Below, piece after piece: positions 35,750-57,114 of a stretch of DNA of 64,000 nucleotides. Within the stretch, counting starts at the first letter, position 1; each line of letters opens with the position of its first letter. Both the position numbers and the translations under genes were made by a program. The stretch is from assembly GCF_009914755.1 (NCBI RefSeq), contig NC_060933.1; one strand, given 5' to 3'. Under the pieces are notes generated by a model. The model saw nothing but the letters and a program-made list of their open reading frames with translations, did no database searches and was not told the DNA's origin. This DNA comes from the human T2T-CHM13v2.0 reference genome, Homo sapiens.

Positions 35750-36401
35750 GTATGTAGTTGAATGCATGGATTCGTATAGCCCATTGTTCCTGTGTTTCAT
35801 TATTCCCTGTGGCAGAATTTATTAAAGCCCCTCAAGAAGGACACCCCTCCCCACCCCCACAAAAAGTAATGCACATGAGCAGTGCTCCTCTTACAGGCAG
35901 GGGCCTCACTGGATGCTTCGATGTGTCTTACCATGGCTCACAGCTGCAGACTTAGGGTTTCCATCCTTATCTGGGCCTTGTGTAGTGCCTGCCAGTCTTT
36001 CCCAGTGTCCTTGGTCTGCTACCCCACTAGCCCTTCTTGGATCAATGTTAGATCTATTTTTTCCTAGAAAATCATTCATTTCACATAATTTTAAAATGTA
36101 TTGGTATTCAGTTGATCATAGTATTCTCATCTAATTATTTCACATTCTTCTGCAGTTTTGTTTCCTTTCTGAATCTAATGTTGATTTGGGTCTGCTACCC
36201 TTTTTCGTGATTAGCTATGCCAACAGTTTGTCTGTTTTATTGGCCATTTTAGAAAATTAGCTTTTGGTTTTATTGAGCAAGTTTCTTTTTGTTTTCTACT
36301 GAATTTCTACTTTTATTGTTAATAATTCTTTCATTTTGCTTTCTCTGGATTTAGAAATTATAAAACAGATTTGATCTCATTGGCCTTCATTTTTTCATTA
36401 G

Positions 36402-36469
36402 CTCTTGAAGATGTTGATCTAAACAAAGTTTACATCCTCGGTGGGCTTGTGGATGAAAGCATTCAGAAG
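36402..36469 (+). CDS. TRMT10B: TRMT10B exon 7 (ALEDVDLNKVYILGGLVDESIQK)
   Basis: cattag| acceptor, AAG|gtaagt donor; 68 nt; Trm10 YIxGGxVD motif. Confidence 0.93.
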
Positions 36470-37605
36470 GTAAGTATACATTTCAGCCCCAACATCTGTT
36501 TTAAAAAGCAGTGCTTACTTTTAGAGGCATGTGCCCTGTTATAGTCTCCTCTAGAGGGTCTAAGAACTCAGAGGGAACAGGAAGAAAGAGCCATCCCCAC
36601 CAGGTTGGCCCTCTGGCTGGTGAAGTTCCCTCTCTCCTCATGAGCAATGTCAGCGAAATCAAGAGTCGGGAACTGGACTGGGCACTGTTTGGTAATTACA
36701 TAGCCATTGTTGAGTTTCTCTCTTCAGTTCTGCAAGGATAACTCTGATATTGACCAAGTAAGCATCAACTCAACATTCTTACTAGCTGTTCTTTGAGGGA
36801 GTAGTTTGCTCCTTCTAAGGTTGATCTCTCTGCTGAAATAGTCTTAGCCCAAAACCTCAAACTCCTAGGATTATCCAGATTTTTTTTGTTGGAGTTTTAG
36901 AGGAATAATTGGGGTGTCACTGGAATTTTGAAATGTTTGTTATATAGCTGTTTAAGATAATTGTTTATATTTACTAACATATTACATAGATAATAAGTTT
37001 AATAAAAGTTAAAGACTAACATATAAATATAAAAGAGTAGAATGAAAGTCTTTCCTACCTTTGTCTCCCAATTCCCCTCCCCTGAGGCAACCGATGTCAA
37101 GTTTTCTTGTGTATCCTTCTTTGAGACATTATATGATCACAAAGTATGTGTTTGTGGGTATATTTTACATATAGGTAGAGGTAGATGTGTTCTATCTATG
37201 TTCCTGTATGTATGAGATGTATGTATATTTAACACAGATGATAGGTTAATTTAATTGAATTTATTTAAAAAATATTAGTGTTCCATGACTCCATAGTGAT
37301 CATCTAAAATACGAGCAGGGGCTACTTACAGAAGAATGCAGCTAATAAGGAATGCATAATAGAATTAGAAAATCATCATTTTGTCACTCCTAATACAATT
37401 GTTGACTCAGTTGAAAGAAAGGTTGTGGAGGAACCGGCTATTTACATGGTCTCAAAGTATCACCCTACAGATAACAAAGGCAAAGATTTAACATTACAGT
37501 AAAGCATTCTGGTGGTCACCATCTTATCCAAACTTGATCAAACTTAGTATCACCCATACAGGTACAATCTCTGCCTCCTGAGGTGTAGTATTCTTGACAG
37601 AAAAT

Positions 37606-41556
<3,951 letters not shown>

Positions 41557-42013
41557 CCTTTCTTTTAATTGGGCTCTCTCTTCTCACACCCTAATGCCAC
41601 TTGTTGCAGTGGTGCACCTGTCTTGAATCTTGTCTACCTTTTCCTCTAATTTGATGCTGCCTTTTGGCAATGAGCTGGAAGTTCCAGATATCCAGAATTG
41701 GGTCTTACTGAGTTAGGGCTCAGAATGTGCTCTGATTGATTAGACTGCTTGGGCCTTTTGATGCCTACTGTGGCTGCAGATGTGCCTCTTTTGCTTATTT
41801 CCCTCTTGGTTCTAAGTGGCAGTGAGTGGAGGACTGTGGATGAGTGACCCCCCAAAAAGTAAGATATTGTCACATAAGCTCTTGAGACAGTTAACTCATT
41901 ATCTGCAGTTTCTTCCATTCCACAATAGGCTACTTATTTTTAATGCTGTATTACATTGAGAATATACTCATGTATAATTTTTATAAGAAAAATATTTAAC
42001 TATATATTTACAG

Positions 42014-42137
42014 AAGGTGACATTTCAAAAGGCCCGGGAATACTCTGTCAAGACCGCACGCTTGCCAATCCAGGAATACATGGTCAGAAACCAGAATGGG
42101 AAAAACTATCATTCAGAGATACTGGCCATCAATCAAG
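42014..42137 (+). CDS. TRMT10B: TRMT10B exon 8 (KVTFQKAREYSVKTARLPIQEYM...ILAINQ)
   Basis: tttacag| acceptor, AAG|gtactt donor; 124 nt; Trm10 TARLPI and LxxNQV motifs. Confidence 0.92.
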
Positions 42138-42219
42138 GTACTTCTTACACGGCCCCCATCCAGGGTGTGTGAGTTCTGGTGCTGCTGCTTTGCACTGTGT
42201 TTAAGTGGCCTTTGAGTCA

Positions 42220-42992
<773 letters not shown>

Positions 42993-43331
42993 TTAACCTC
43001 TCACCACTGAATTCCTGTTTGATCTTCAGGGTTCAGTTCAGGAGCATCTTGGCCCTTCCCCATCCCAGGCCACAGCAGAGCCCTTCTGTTTCCCATTTTA
43101 CTGTGTTCCTTTCTGTTGCACCCTATCCATTCATAGGCCTGTATCTTTCAGGGTAGGCTGAGGTCCTTGAGAGCAAGCAGAGCCTGTGTCCTTGCCTCTC
43201 CCCGCAAGACCTTAGTACCACATATGGTGCAGAATAGGTTTGTTGAACGAAATATTACAGAACATCCTTTTCATTTACTCGTTCTTTTTTTCCCTCTGTG
43301 GTCACTGTGTTTTCTGTTTACTCTCTAACAG

Positions 43332-43438
43332 TGTTTGATATCCTGTCCACTTACTTAGAGACTCACAACTGGCCTGAAGCATTGAAGAAAGGAGTTTCTT
43401 CAGGAAAAGGCTATATTCTTCGGAACTCAGTGGAATGA
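43332..43438 (+). CDS. TRMT10B: TRMT10B last coding exon (VFDILSTYLETHNWPEALKKG...NSVE*)
   Basis: ctaacag| acceptor; TGA at 43436-43438; exon lengths 186+109+125+153+79+68+124+107 = 951 nt = 316 aa + stop. Confidence 0.92.
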
Positions 43439-43461
43439 TGGGCCTAAGATTGCAGCTGCGT

Positions 43462-44252
<791 letters not shown>

Positions 44253-45014
44253 TTATGTAACAAGGAATTAGCCTCAAAACCACATGGCTTTGGACGTGCT
44301 AATTCAACTTTTGTACATCTATTTGTGAGAGACCTCTTGAAATTGTTTAAATGGTTACATCAAGAGTTTAATATTCACTAAACTGGCATCATAAAATTGT
44401 ATGACTTTCTCCAGCCTTGTCTGATCATGCTCGTTGTTGCCCAGCTCAGTAATAAGCTTTGCAGGATCCAGCCTGTTCTGACCTATCCCTACTGAGTCCC
44501 CATAGCATTTTGTTCCCTCCTGTGGCTCTTACCTTGTTCTCCCTTGCAGAGTATGGGCATGGAGGGCTTCTCTTCCTAATCCTTCCTAATGGTAGGATCC
44601 TAACAGGACAAATCTGTGTACCTATCTTTCTATCCTCCCTGAGCCTGTACCAACTAGATTCTTCATATGTATTTGTAACAGATTAAATTGGAAAGCAAAC
44701 ACAGTATTGATTAAGTCTGTCTTGAAAATAGCTAGAAAGTGTTAGACACATGAACACGTTAGATAACCTACTTATTACACAAATCTCATGTTCCTTATGT
44801 CCCAGTTGGACATATTTGCTTCAGTTACTCTGACAGTTTGGGTTAACTTGCTAGTTAAGCAGCTAGCAAATTTGGGACATGTATTCAATATCTCAAAAGA
44901 ACCAACAGATTACTTCTCTGCTGTGTCCCCTCCCCTTCACAATTTAATTCCTAAGGAACTGTTCACCTAATCAGTACTTTTCTATTTAAAAACTGGCTAG
45001 ACAGTTCATAATAA

Positions 45015-45400
45015 AAGATATGGGACCAACCTAAGTACCCATCAACCAATGAATGGATAAAGTGTGGTATATATATCCCATGGAATATTAGCCATAAAAA
45101 ATGTCTTTTGCAGCAACTTGGATAGTATTGGAAGCTATTATTCTTAGTGAAGTAACTCAGGAATGGAAAACCAAATACCAAATGTTCCCACTTTAAGTGG
45201 GAGCTAAGCTACAGGTAAGCACACAGAGTGGTATAACAGATACTGGAGACCCGGAACAGGGAAGGGGGAAGGATAAACTACATACTGGGTACAATATATA
45301 GTACTCAGGTGACTGGTACACCAAAATCTCAGACTTCACCACTATACAATTCATCCGTGTAATCCAAAACCACTTGTACCCCTAAAAGCTATTGAACTAA
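45015..45400 (+). mobile_element. L1MA-type 3' end fragment between TRMT10B and EXOSC3
   Basis: CAACCTAAGTACCCATCAACCAATGAATGGATAAAG...CACTTGTACCCCTAAAAGCTATTGAA L1 3'UTR signature. Confidence 0.75.
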
Positions 45401-46201
45401 AAACCATCCAGTCCTTAGAAAACATTAGAAACACACGAAGCTCCTTGGTCTTTATCAACAAATAGAGTTCTATAATCTCTTTGATCCAAAAAGGACTTTC
45501 TATGGATAGGCTTCAGGGGATCTGTATCTCACATATTCTCAGAGGTCTAGAAACCAAGAATCACTGATGTGGATCACCTGGCAGTCTCTTTACCTCTAAA
45601 GGTTTTGGTTAATATACTAAATAGCATAGAAGAGTTTTCTATGCTTAGCTCCTAGGAAATGATTTTAGCAAAATAAGACTTGGCCAGATTTGGATTCAGA
45701 AATCCTCATAGTGTTATTTATATAATGATAAAACTCAAAAATATCCTGTAACATGAAATATGTGACTAAAGTTGTGAAATGTATCATGCTGTTTGAAGTA
45801 GACAAAAGTATATTACAAAGTGGCATATAAGCTATAATAACTATAATTTCAATTTGATGAATATAGAGAATGTAGGCCAAGTTAAATTCTGTGCCTCAGT
45901 TTCAATTATGAGGATAAGTGTCTTCTGCAGTTAGAATAAAGGAGTTAATCCATGCAAAACACAATACTTGGTAAATGAAAAAGTATTTCGTTGTTATATA
46001 CTCACCCGCTGAATAATGGGACTACAGGTGACATTTCTTTGCTGCTTTATACTTAGGTATTCCACATTTCCTCTGGTGAACCTGGCTTACTGTTATAATC
46101 ACAAAATTATTTTACTGCTGACCTCCAGTTAATTATGGAAGCTGTAGCAATTACTAAGGGAGTTAACTCCAAATAAACCCTAATACTGTTTTTTAGTAAA
46201 C

Positions 46202-46207
46202 TTTATT
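46202..46207 (-). terminator. EXOSC3: EXOSC3 proximal poly(A) signal
   Basis: TTTATT on + (AATAAA on -), about 200 nt past the stop. Confidence 0.65.
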
Positions 46208-46409
46208 GTACCGAACAAAAAAAATGATTTTGCAATGATTTTCTCTCCCACAAAAGCGTGGGTGAAAACCAGTAACTTATAAAAATACTTTCGGACTCTA
46301 ATAATACATACATTCACACCTTATCTTCTGAGTATTTAAATGGGGGAGGTTCACCTGAAAAAACCCATAGTTTTTTGCCTCAACTGACCTGTAAAAAAGT
46401 CCACCTATA

Positions 46410-46611
46410 TCAACTTTCTGCCAATCTGGAGAAGATCTGTTTTCTTTGATCTGACGTCATGTGTTCACAAGCTTCTAAAATGTTTGCCAAAATTAAAGTC
46501 TGCTGGATGGTTTTTGCCTTAACCCATATTCTTCCATTCATTCCAAATACTATCTCCAGTGGATGGAGTTTTCCCACTTCCTGTATGATTTCACAATCTG
46601 GAGCTAATAGC
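46410..46611 (-). CDS. EXOSC3: EXOSC3 exon 4 (KH domain; [30 protein letters not shown]...RLAES*)
   Basis: cccaccag| acceptor on -, TGA at 46412-46410; GxNG motif; 202 nt. Confidence 0.95.
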
Positions 46612-47715
46612 CTGGTGGGAAGAGAAAAGAAAATGAAATTTAATGAAGTGGCAAAGGTGTGTCCGGAGTCTCCTTTAGAATGTGATTCCTTTTCTGAGCA
46701 GTTCTCCATAGCTGTTCAACAAGAACAAGGCACGTGATGACATTTGCTGCCTCCTTTCTTCCAAGAAGGAACTTTACACTGTTCAAAGGTATACTAGAAA
46801 TCACAGAGGTGGGCTATGCCTTACAAAGAAATCAAACTCCCTAGGTTACCAACTTTGTAAAAGTCATTCCCCTAGATGGTCAGAGCACTTTAATTCTAGA
46901 CTGGGAATCATAACTTTTTTTATCTACAGTGTTAAGACACTTTAAACTTATTTTCCTGGCCATATTATTCTCTTGTGTTAAATTCAGTACTTGGAGAGGA
47001 ACATTGGCTCTTTCAAACCATAAGGGTGGTGCTTGGTTAATAACATGCTTCTTGGTTAAAAACATGCTTCTCTGATGTCCAAACTTAATTCTCCAGATCT
47101 TTAGGATATGTAGTAAGGAGAGGCATACAAGATAGCTCTCAACTTCACTGGCTCTAGGAGTAAAGCCCCTGAATATGGCACAGCTTTGGGTGGGTAAAGT
47201 TCTAAACACCAAAAAGAGAATCTGCCTCAGCATGAACCTCAGTATGCCTCAGTATGACCAAGTGTCAGAAGCCTTCTGTGAATGTCTACATAACCTTGAA
47301 CATCACAATCTAAGCTGCGTGTGACCCCCATAATTAGAAAAAATTGATAATTTTATACAACTGCAGACTGCATCTGTATTCAAGTGACTCAGAACAGGGG
47401 AAAGGCCAGTTTTCACATTTGGGCTAAGTCAAATAAGCAACAGGCCTGGGAAGGAAGATATGAATACAGAGTAAGAGCTTAAGGCATGAAGTATCAGCCC
47501 ACCAGAAACTACACAGCCAAACACATCTGAATTTGATATGTTTCCAAGAAGATAGGATTAAATTCATGAGTTTCCAAATGTGTTAAAATGGATACTGATT
47601 TCTAACTCTGAGGAGAAATTCAAACGTTACAAAGAATCTGAATCCTGAAGATTAACCAACTTTCCAAGAATGTATAATTATAAAAAGCAGTCAAGCCAGC
47701 AGACATCAGGACTTA

Positions 47716-47868
<153 letters not shown>

Positions 47869-48114
47869 CTACAATGATATTAAAAACCAGTTCATTTCCT
47901 CTCAGCAAACTACAGGTGCTACTATTGGTTCTTTCTCACAGGCATCAATGCCAGCCACCTACAGTTCTGTGGCTAAGGGACTGACTGCACTATAGGATTC
48001 CCACAGTCACTTTGGAGTTGAGTCTTGGGGAAAAAAAGGAACACATGTATCATTCCCTTTCACCAATCAGGAAATCACAGACGAGGAGCCATCTCAAGGC
48101 CAGAGAACACTAGG

Positions 48115-48305
48115 ATTGCACTGTCCAATATGGTAGATAGCCAATTGTTTAAACTTACATTTAAATTAAAATTAGGTATTTAAAATTAATTTCCTGAGTT
48201 GCATTAGCCACATTTCAAGTGCTCAACAGCTAGTGGCTACCATACTAATCAGTGCAGATACAAAACAGCATCACTGTAGAAAGTTATATTAGGTCGCACT
48301 ACCCT
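48115..48305. mobile_element. MER3/MER33-like hAT DNA transposon remnant in EXOSC3 intron 2
   Basis: CACTGTCCAATATGGTAG... and TAGCCACATTTCAAGTGCTCAA motifs. Confidence 0.55.
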
Positions 48306-49569
48306 AGAGAATTACAGATTTACAGAGAAAGGAAGGAACTCCGGCATGCAAATTATTCAAAGCAAAATCAAACAATAATTCACTGACACTTCTCCCTGCA
48401 GGATTTACTTAAAAACCTCATAGAGCTAAACTTCAAAGGGACGAAACTGAGGAAATGGAGAGTGAACTCATTCTGTTCACTCAACAAAACGTATTAAGTA
48501 CCTACTGTTTGTTGGTGACTATGTAAACTAGAAAGGAACAAAACATTCTCTGCTTTTCAGAAGCATTTGGTCTTGGAGGGCAGTGGGGAGGTACATATAA
48601 ACAAACCTCAGTCAAGGCTCAATCCAGTAAGTGCTAGAGCAAAGATACGAGAAAAGTGGCAACTAGAGATGGCTTTACAGAGGTGGTCATGTTTAGCCTA
48701 CGTCTCAAAGAATGAGAATGTGTTCCATAGGGTGCGAAGGGATAGTGCAATCAAGACAGTGGGAACAGCATGTGCAAATAAGGGCAGGAAATTGAGTTTA
48801 ATGGCGTTTGGTGTGATTTGAGTATGGCTGTATGAAGGATATAATTAGGGATGAGGAAAGACACCTGGAGTGTAATGCCAAGGAATTCTGTAGATTTTGG
48901 AGAATCTTGTCTTTTCGAGAAAGTGACCGTGTGAGGATGTCAGCTCTCAAAATCCTGGATGGTGAGGTAAAAGCGTGGAGGCAGGGATTAATGAAGAAGT
49001 GACTGAGACCAGTCAAGAGGGAGCTGAAGCCTGAACTTGTGGAGATAAAGGGACGGACATGCCAAAGATCAGAGACAGAATCAAATAGGATCAAAATAGG
49101 ATTAAGCAACTAAATTTGCATGAGAAGTGAATGAGAAGAGGTGAAGAAATCACTAAATTTCAGGCTGGATAGACAAGAAGAGTGTGGCTATGCTACCTGA
49201 AAAGCTCAAATTGAAAACCCAAGGTAACAATATTACTCCTCTATCAGCTCCTAGGACCTACAGCCAGGATGGATGGATAGCTGATAATGTCAATTTGCAC
49301 CACCTGTCCCTCCTCTAAGCCTACAGCAGACATCCTTGTCCAGAGGATATGGACATAACAAATAATGGCGATGATAGATACAACCTTTCAACTCAGTAGA
49401 AATGAAACATCCCAAGAACAAATGTAGCCAATGTAAAATAAATTGTAAATGTAAAAAATAATAATAATAATTATGTGGCTCTGATCCTGGAGCATCTGAA
49501 GAAACTCTTGGAGCCTGGGGCAATTATATACAAGCTCAGAGATCTAGGTCATGCTTTGGAGACAATTCA

Positions 49570-49794
<225 letters not shown>

Positions 49795-50418
49795 CTACAA
49801 AAAGAAACAGAATGAAAAAACAGCCATAAATGACAAGATACCATTGGAAGATACCTTCAGCAAGTCCTTTGTGGTTACTTTATTGTCATTAAAGAGAAAT
49901 CTGATCAAATGCCACTTTCGGTAAAAGAAAATCACTTCATAAAGTGCCGGGTGTGCAGCTTCTGGTAGTCTGTTAATTGAGTCCAAACTCCATTATCTCT
50001 TAGGCACCCCAACCAGTAAGTCTCTAGCTTTGTGGCATAAGTCCAGTGGCAAAGGAATCCTTACAACCAAGGAAGCCCATTCCATAGACAATTTTTTCTA
50101 TATGAAATTCTTACCTGTTCTAGGAGAAATTAACTCCCTATGACATCCACTCATTGAGCCTAGTCCTGCCCTCTGAGACTCCAAACGGCAGGCCTGCTGT
50201 GGGGTTTTGAAGACTATAATCATGACTCACGGTCTCCAAACGTTTTTCTCTCCTGGTCGCCCTTCTCAGGCTATGTTCCTATTGTTCACGGTCCCTCTAA
50301 AGGACATGCAGAAGTGGGCACAAGACTACGGTGGCTCTAGGTTTGCCTGAACAAAAGAGGGCCTCAGGGTCCCTCTCTTCTTTTGGGAGGTCTTCTCAAA
50401 GCAGGGCTACCACTCTCA

Positions 50419-51381
<963 letters not shown>

Positions 51382-52102
51382 CTAGATGGTGCCACTGCAC
51401 TCCAGTCTGGAGGACAGAGTGAGACCCTGTCAAAAAAAAAAAAAAAAGGGAAATTGGACGCTAGGTGGGTTCATGGGACCTTCTTTCCGACTCCGCCCTC
51501 AGAAGAGTGGCTGACCTTTTAACAGGAAAAGTAGTTTTTTTCAAAATAAATAAAACCTTCTTGGTTGTTAGAGATCTAGTCACATTTAGAAAACACAGAG
51601 AAAAATAAAAGAAGAAAATAAACGATGTTTTAGTCTTGCCCGTTTTTCTCCCTTGCTACACTGTAGTTCTGATTCTTTAGAGCCCAAGGTGTGGCATGAA
51701 ATAGGTAATACCTGATGAATGAACGAATGTATTCCTTTGGTGTGTATTTCTCCCTAGACTTTTTCCCCCTGCAAATATACATATTTCACATGCTTCCGAT
51801 AGCCCTACATGGCCTGGAATATCAGTAACTCAAATTTCCCTGGAGCACACTTAGTTGCGCACGTGAGAAGCAGTTGAATTCCAAACCCAAAGAGATTCCA
51901 ATCATCTATCTGACTTTGGGGGTTCTATTTTAAATCACCGTTTTCTCTGTCAACTCGAACCTTCAATTAGTGCTTGATCAGATTCTCCAGCAGTGGTAGA
52001 ATTCCTAGGGTCTGGGAGGCCGTGACTGACCGATTGCCTTTAGCGGCCCTCCCTTTCTACTGCTCATCTCTTTGAGGCACCTGCTTCCAACGTAATTTTT
52101 AG

Positions 52103-52402
<300 letters not shown>

Positions 52403-52779
52403 TAGATTTTTTAGGATGATTAAGACAGATCATCTCTAACACACCCTCCAAATTTGGCAAGCCATTTTCCCCTGGGTATAAAAAAAGGTCAACAAATAAA
52501 AGGAGCTCCCACCTCCAGGTTAGTTTCCCTGGCAAGAGTGGGAGCTCCTGTGGCAGGGACAGCGTAAATTGTGCTCTCTTCCCCACTCCAGAAGTATTCG
52601 GTGACCACGCCTGCCTCAATCTTGGCAGGCCCAAGGCCATGGCTCAAGGGCGCTCAAGGACCTCACATTCCGGCCAGGCAAACAGGCAGGTCGGTAAATG
52701 TTCTCTGGACCGTCTTTGATACACCCCATGTCGGTAGTGAAGTCTCTGGAGGAAACTCGGCCCAGATCTAGCGGCTGAG

Positions 52780-53400
52780 TCCTATGAGGCCCACTACCCT
52801 GTGGGGGCCGCACGTGGCGAGCGGTGTAGCTCTCTCGCGGGTCAAGGCAGATGAAACAGGGAGGCCGGGACCCGAAGGCGGTGGCTGGGCGGGGCTCCAC
52901 TCCTGAACACCTACCACCCTGACACGCCCAGAGCGGGTGGGGCACGCGGGACCGCAGCCTGCCCACCAGACCGCGCGCAACCGAGGAGGTGTTTCGCCAC
53001 CTGGCGGTCTTGCGCCCTGTCGAGAGTGAGCACCCGGTCCTAGGCGGCGGGAGCCCTAGGCCGCGAACGAGTGTCTCGAACCCGGCTTCAAGCCGTCGAG
53101 GGCGCGCGGGTCGGTTCTAGCGTCCCATGGGTCGCGGTTCGCGTTTTCGGGCAGCGCGTGCCTCCTCTCCTGGTTATAAAAGTGGGAAAAGTGCAACGAC
53201 TGGGGAATGCAGAGGAGGCCAGAGCCCGGTGCAGGCGGCGTGCGCGCTTTGCCCTCTGCGGGTGCGTGTGTTTCCTTGCCAATCGCGAGGTGGATTACGC
53301 CCGTTCTCTTCAGAGGCTTACTGGTTTCGAGCCGAAGCAGTCGAGACTGCTCACCTTTCCAGTGCCTCTGGCCTACGTCTCCCCATTCGGAGTGTAACCA
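52780..53400. promoter_or_regulatory. Second, orphan CpG-island-like regulatory region
   Basis: Dense unmutated CpGs in non-repeat DNA; CACGTG at 52811; GGGCGGGG at about 52887; CTCF-like motif on - at 52993-53011; TATAAAAG at 53175; CCAAT at 53279. Confidence 0.65.
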
Positions 53401-53410
53401 GGCCCCTTGA

Positions 53411-53785
<375 letters not shown>

Positions 53786-53879
53786 TAGTGAAAATTCTGA
53801 TCAGGCCCTTGCCTGCATGCACATAGTAAGCGCTCCCGTTTTGCCCAATATCTCTTGTTCCCACAATATAATTATAAAC

Positions 53880-54255
53880 TGCTGTTGTCCTGTTTCTTTG
53901 TCTAGCAGGAGAGATAACTTCAGGGTCATGAAAATATTTTGCAGAAGGAATGAATGCCATTAAGGACTTTTTGACCAGCTGCTGACACCCATAAGTCTGG
54001 TTGCTCAAAGTTTTATCTGAGACTGTAGAGGCACAGACTTTTCCCCTCTGTTCCCGGAAACCCTCCCTCACACCCTACCCCATAAAAACGCCTGCTGTCA
54101 TCTCTTTGTTAAGTAACATTTGAGAGATCTTGCTCTTCCGCCTTCTTGCTTTGGCCCAATTGAACAAACCTTTCTCTATCTCCAAGCACCTGTGTCTTAG
54201 CGTTTGGCTTCAGCTCTGCATCAGGTACATGAGACTGAATTTGGGGTTACACAAC
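53880..54255 (+). mobile_element. Unclassified LTR-like element
   Basis: TG...CAACA termini, CCATAAAAAC TATA-like box and degenerate poly(A)-signal layout. Confidence 0.35.
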
Positions 54256-54923
54256 ATTAGTATGACATATGGGGAAATTGCCAAATTGACCTTTGGAAAG
54301 GTTGGACCAGAGTGTAGCTTTCTGGACTCCTCCCAGAACTTCCTCTTCATAACTAATCTTTGCTAGTTTAGAAGTTAGAAACGTGGCATCTCACGGTTGC
54401 TTTTCTTTACCGACTGGTGAGGTTGGGCATTTGTTCCTTTTAACCAACACTAGTTGAGCATTTGCTTTCAGCCAGGAATTGAGCTGGGGAGGCGGCTGAG
54501 TCCTGGTCCCTGCCCTTGGGGGAGTTCACTCTCTCCACATGAAGATAGCAAGTGTTAAGGTGGATGCAACAACCTGAATAGAGTGTCAGCCCTGAGGGTA
54601 CAGAGGATGAAATAGTTGTCTCTACATGGAAGGAAGGCAGGGGTTAGGATAGGTGTTACAAAGGAAGTAATAATTTGAGTGAATCTTTAATATTTTTTAC
54701 TTTACTAGTTTCTAAAATTATAAATGAACTACATGCTAATTTACATACTGAAATTAACCATAAAAGCCCATGAAAGTATTGTTAACATCTTTATTCAAAT
54801 ACAGGATTTAATCTAAAAACATAAATGCCCACAGTTATCACTGCACAAATGACAGACTACTTGCTACAGATATTTTTACACAAGGATCATAACTTCTCAA
54901 ACAGGATTTATTGTAAAAAGTAA

Positions 54924-55316
<393 letters not shown>

Positions 55317-57114
55317 TGAACTACATTCTGTTGGCTAGATTCTTATGTGGAATAACATTCAAGTTTGGTCTTAGTGTATCACAATACAGGATTGATTTTA
55401 AATACTCAAAATTACATGGTTTTCTGGTTTCCAACAGCTTTGCCATTTATCTGCATTTCTTGAATAAGGAAACATCTTTCTAGTTCATGTTTATTTTCAT
55501 TTTGTAGTGTGTGTGTGTGCCTGTGTCATGGCACCCTTTGTTAGAGAAGAGCCCCAACCTCCTAGAGAATAGCAAGAAATAACAAGACTCCAACGGAGAC
55601 GACTAAGCAAGAAAGCAGGTTCACCAGCCACAACTCCATTGGTACCAATGTAGATGAGATTTGGTGGATCAGATGAAGAAATTTATTATTCAACACAGCA
55701 TACAGTAGGAGTACCAGCAAGGTAGCACTGGTTGGCCTGTCCTCAAGTCCTATGGAGTAAATGCAATGGGCCCGGACAGTGGTTGCACATGCAGTGGTTT
55801 GCACCATGACTGAGGGATCCAGGGCTAAGGGCCTAGCATCTTTTGTAGCAAGTGGCAAACCAACCAGCCTCCTTCCCTGAGGGAGTGAGCTGTTGTATGG
55901 TAGTTATGCTGTGGTCATCTTAACCTAGTTAAATGCCGATGTGACTAGCTAGAAATGGTTCAGTATTAGGGGAAAGTTAGGCCTTGTGTTTGGCATACTT
56001 CGCAAGCACATGCAGAGATGCTCAAGGCCACAGCAAACTGCCTGTCCCAATAGAAGTCAAGGCCTGTCATCATCTGACTCTACCTTATCTCTGCAGTGTC
56101 ATCTCATGCAATTTTTTTTAGTGATCTAAGTTTTTTATCATTCTGGACTATTCACCAAGGCCACTTTAGCTGTTGTATTCTTCTAGCTACTGATTCTCTC
56201 CTCTTATCTCCTGCCACACAGCAAGATTCCTGAACACAGACAATAACTGCTCAATAAATGTAAGGATGAAAGGGCCTGAAATTGTGACAACTACATAAGA
56301 AAACTGTGTGTCATGATGCTATTAAGGGACTGTATTCATTGAATTCCTTCTATATACAAGGTCCAGGCATAGATGGATCCATGGAAAAGCTTAAGATATC
56401 TTCATCAGTCAAGGTCTAATCAGAAGACAAACCATGCTCATTTGAATAAAGACAGTTTAATATATGAGGAATTATTAGCTATAACAGGGTATTAGAATAA
56501 TGAAGCACTGGCTAATAAGAACTAGAGAGCTTTAAAGAGTATAGCAATAGCAGATATAAGGAACAGCTGCTACTCTAATGCTGTGATAGAGTTCCCAAAG
56601 AGGAGCCTCTCGCCTCCAGCCAGGGCAGATTGAGACCCTTTTGAAGAGAGTGTGGCTGTGGCTCATTAAATGGCAAGAAGTCACTGGGAATCTTCCAGTG
56701 GAACTTCCTATAAATCCACCCTCTAGAATTTTCTGGCACTTTTACGTTGCTGAGGAAACGTATTCATGGGGAGGGGTCTCCTGGAAGCCTCTGCTATAAA
56801 ACTGCCCAATAGGGTGCTAAGGAACACTGCTGGCTGCTGAGTGTTTCTGGCCACCAATCAAAGCAGGAACAGATGCTGGAGAAGCTGCTGTGCTGCAGAA
56901 GTGTGCCAGTGAGCACAACTGGACCAGGAAGCAAAACCCATTCCTCCTGAAACGCCTCTTCAGGGCCTTCTACCTATAAAGCATATCATCACGAAAGAGA
57001 ACAAAGGAAAAAAAATTTAAGGCTCAGATCCATTTTCTCAGAGCAGTCAGTGAAGGATGAATTTGGACCTGAGAGACAATACATTGATAACTGGCACAAG
57101 GTCTCATGAGGTGG

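Noticed and set aside
53074-53084. B-box-like GGGTTCGAGAC on - strand suggesting a tRNA or Pol III gene
   Set aside because: No convincing A-box, cloverleaf or oligo-T terminator nearby; at most an isolated TFIIIC site
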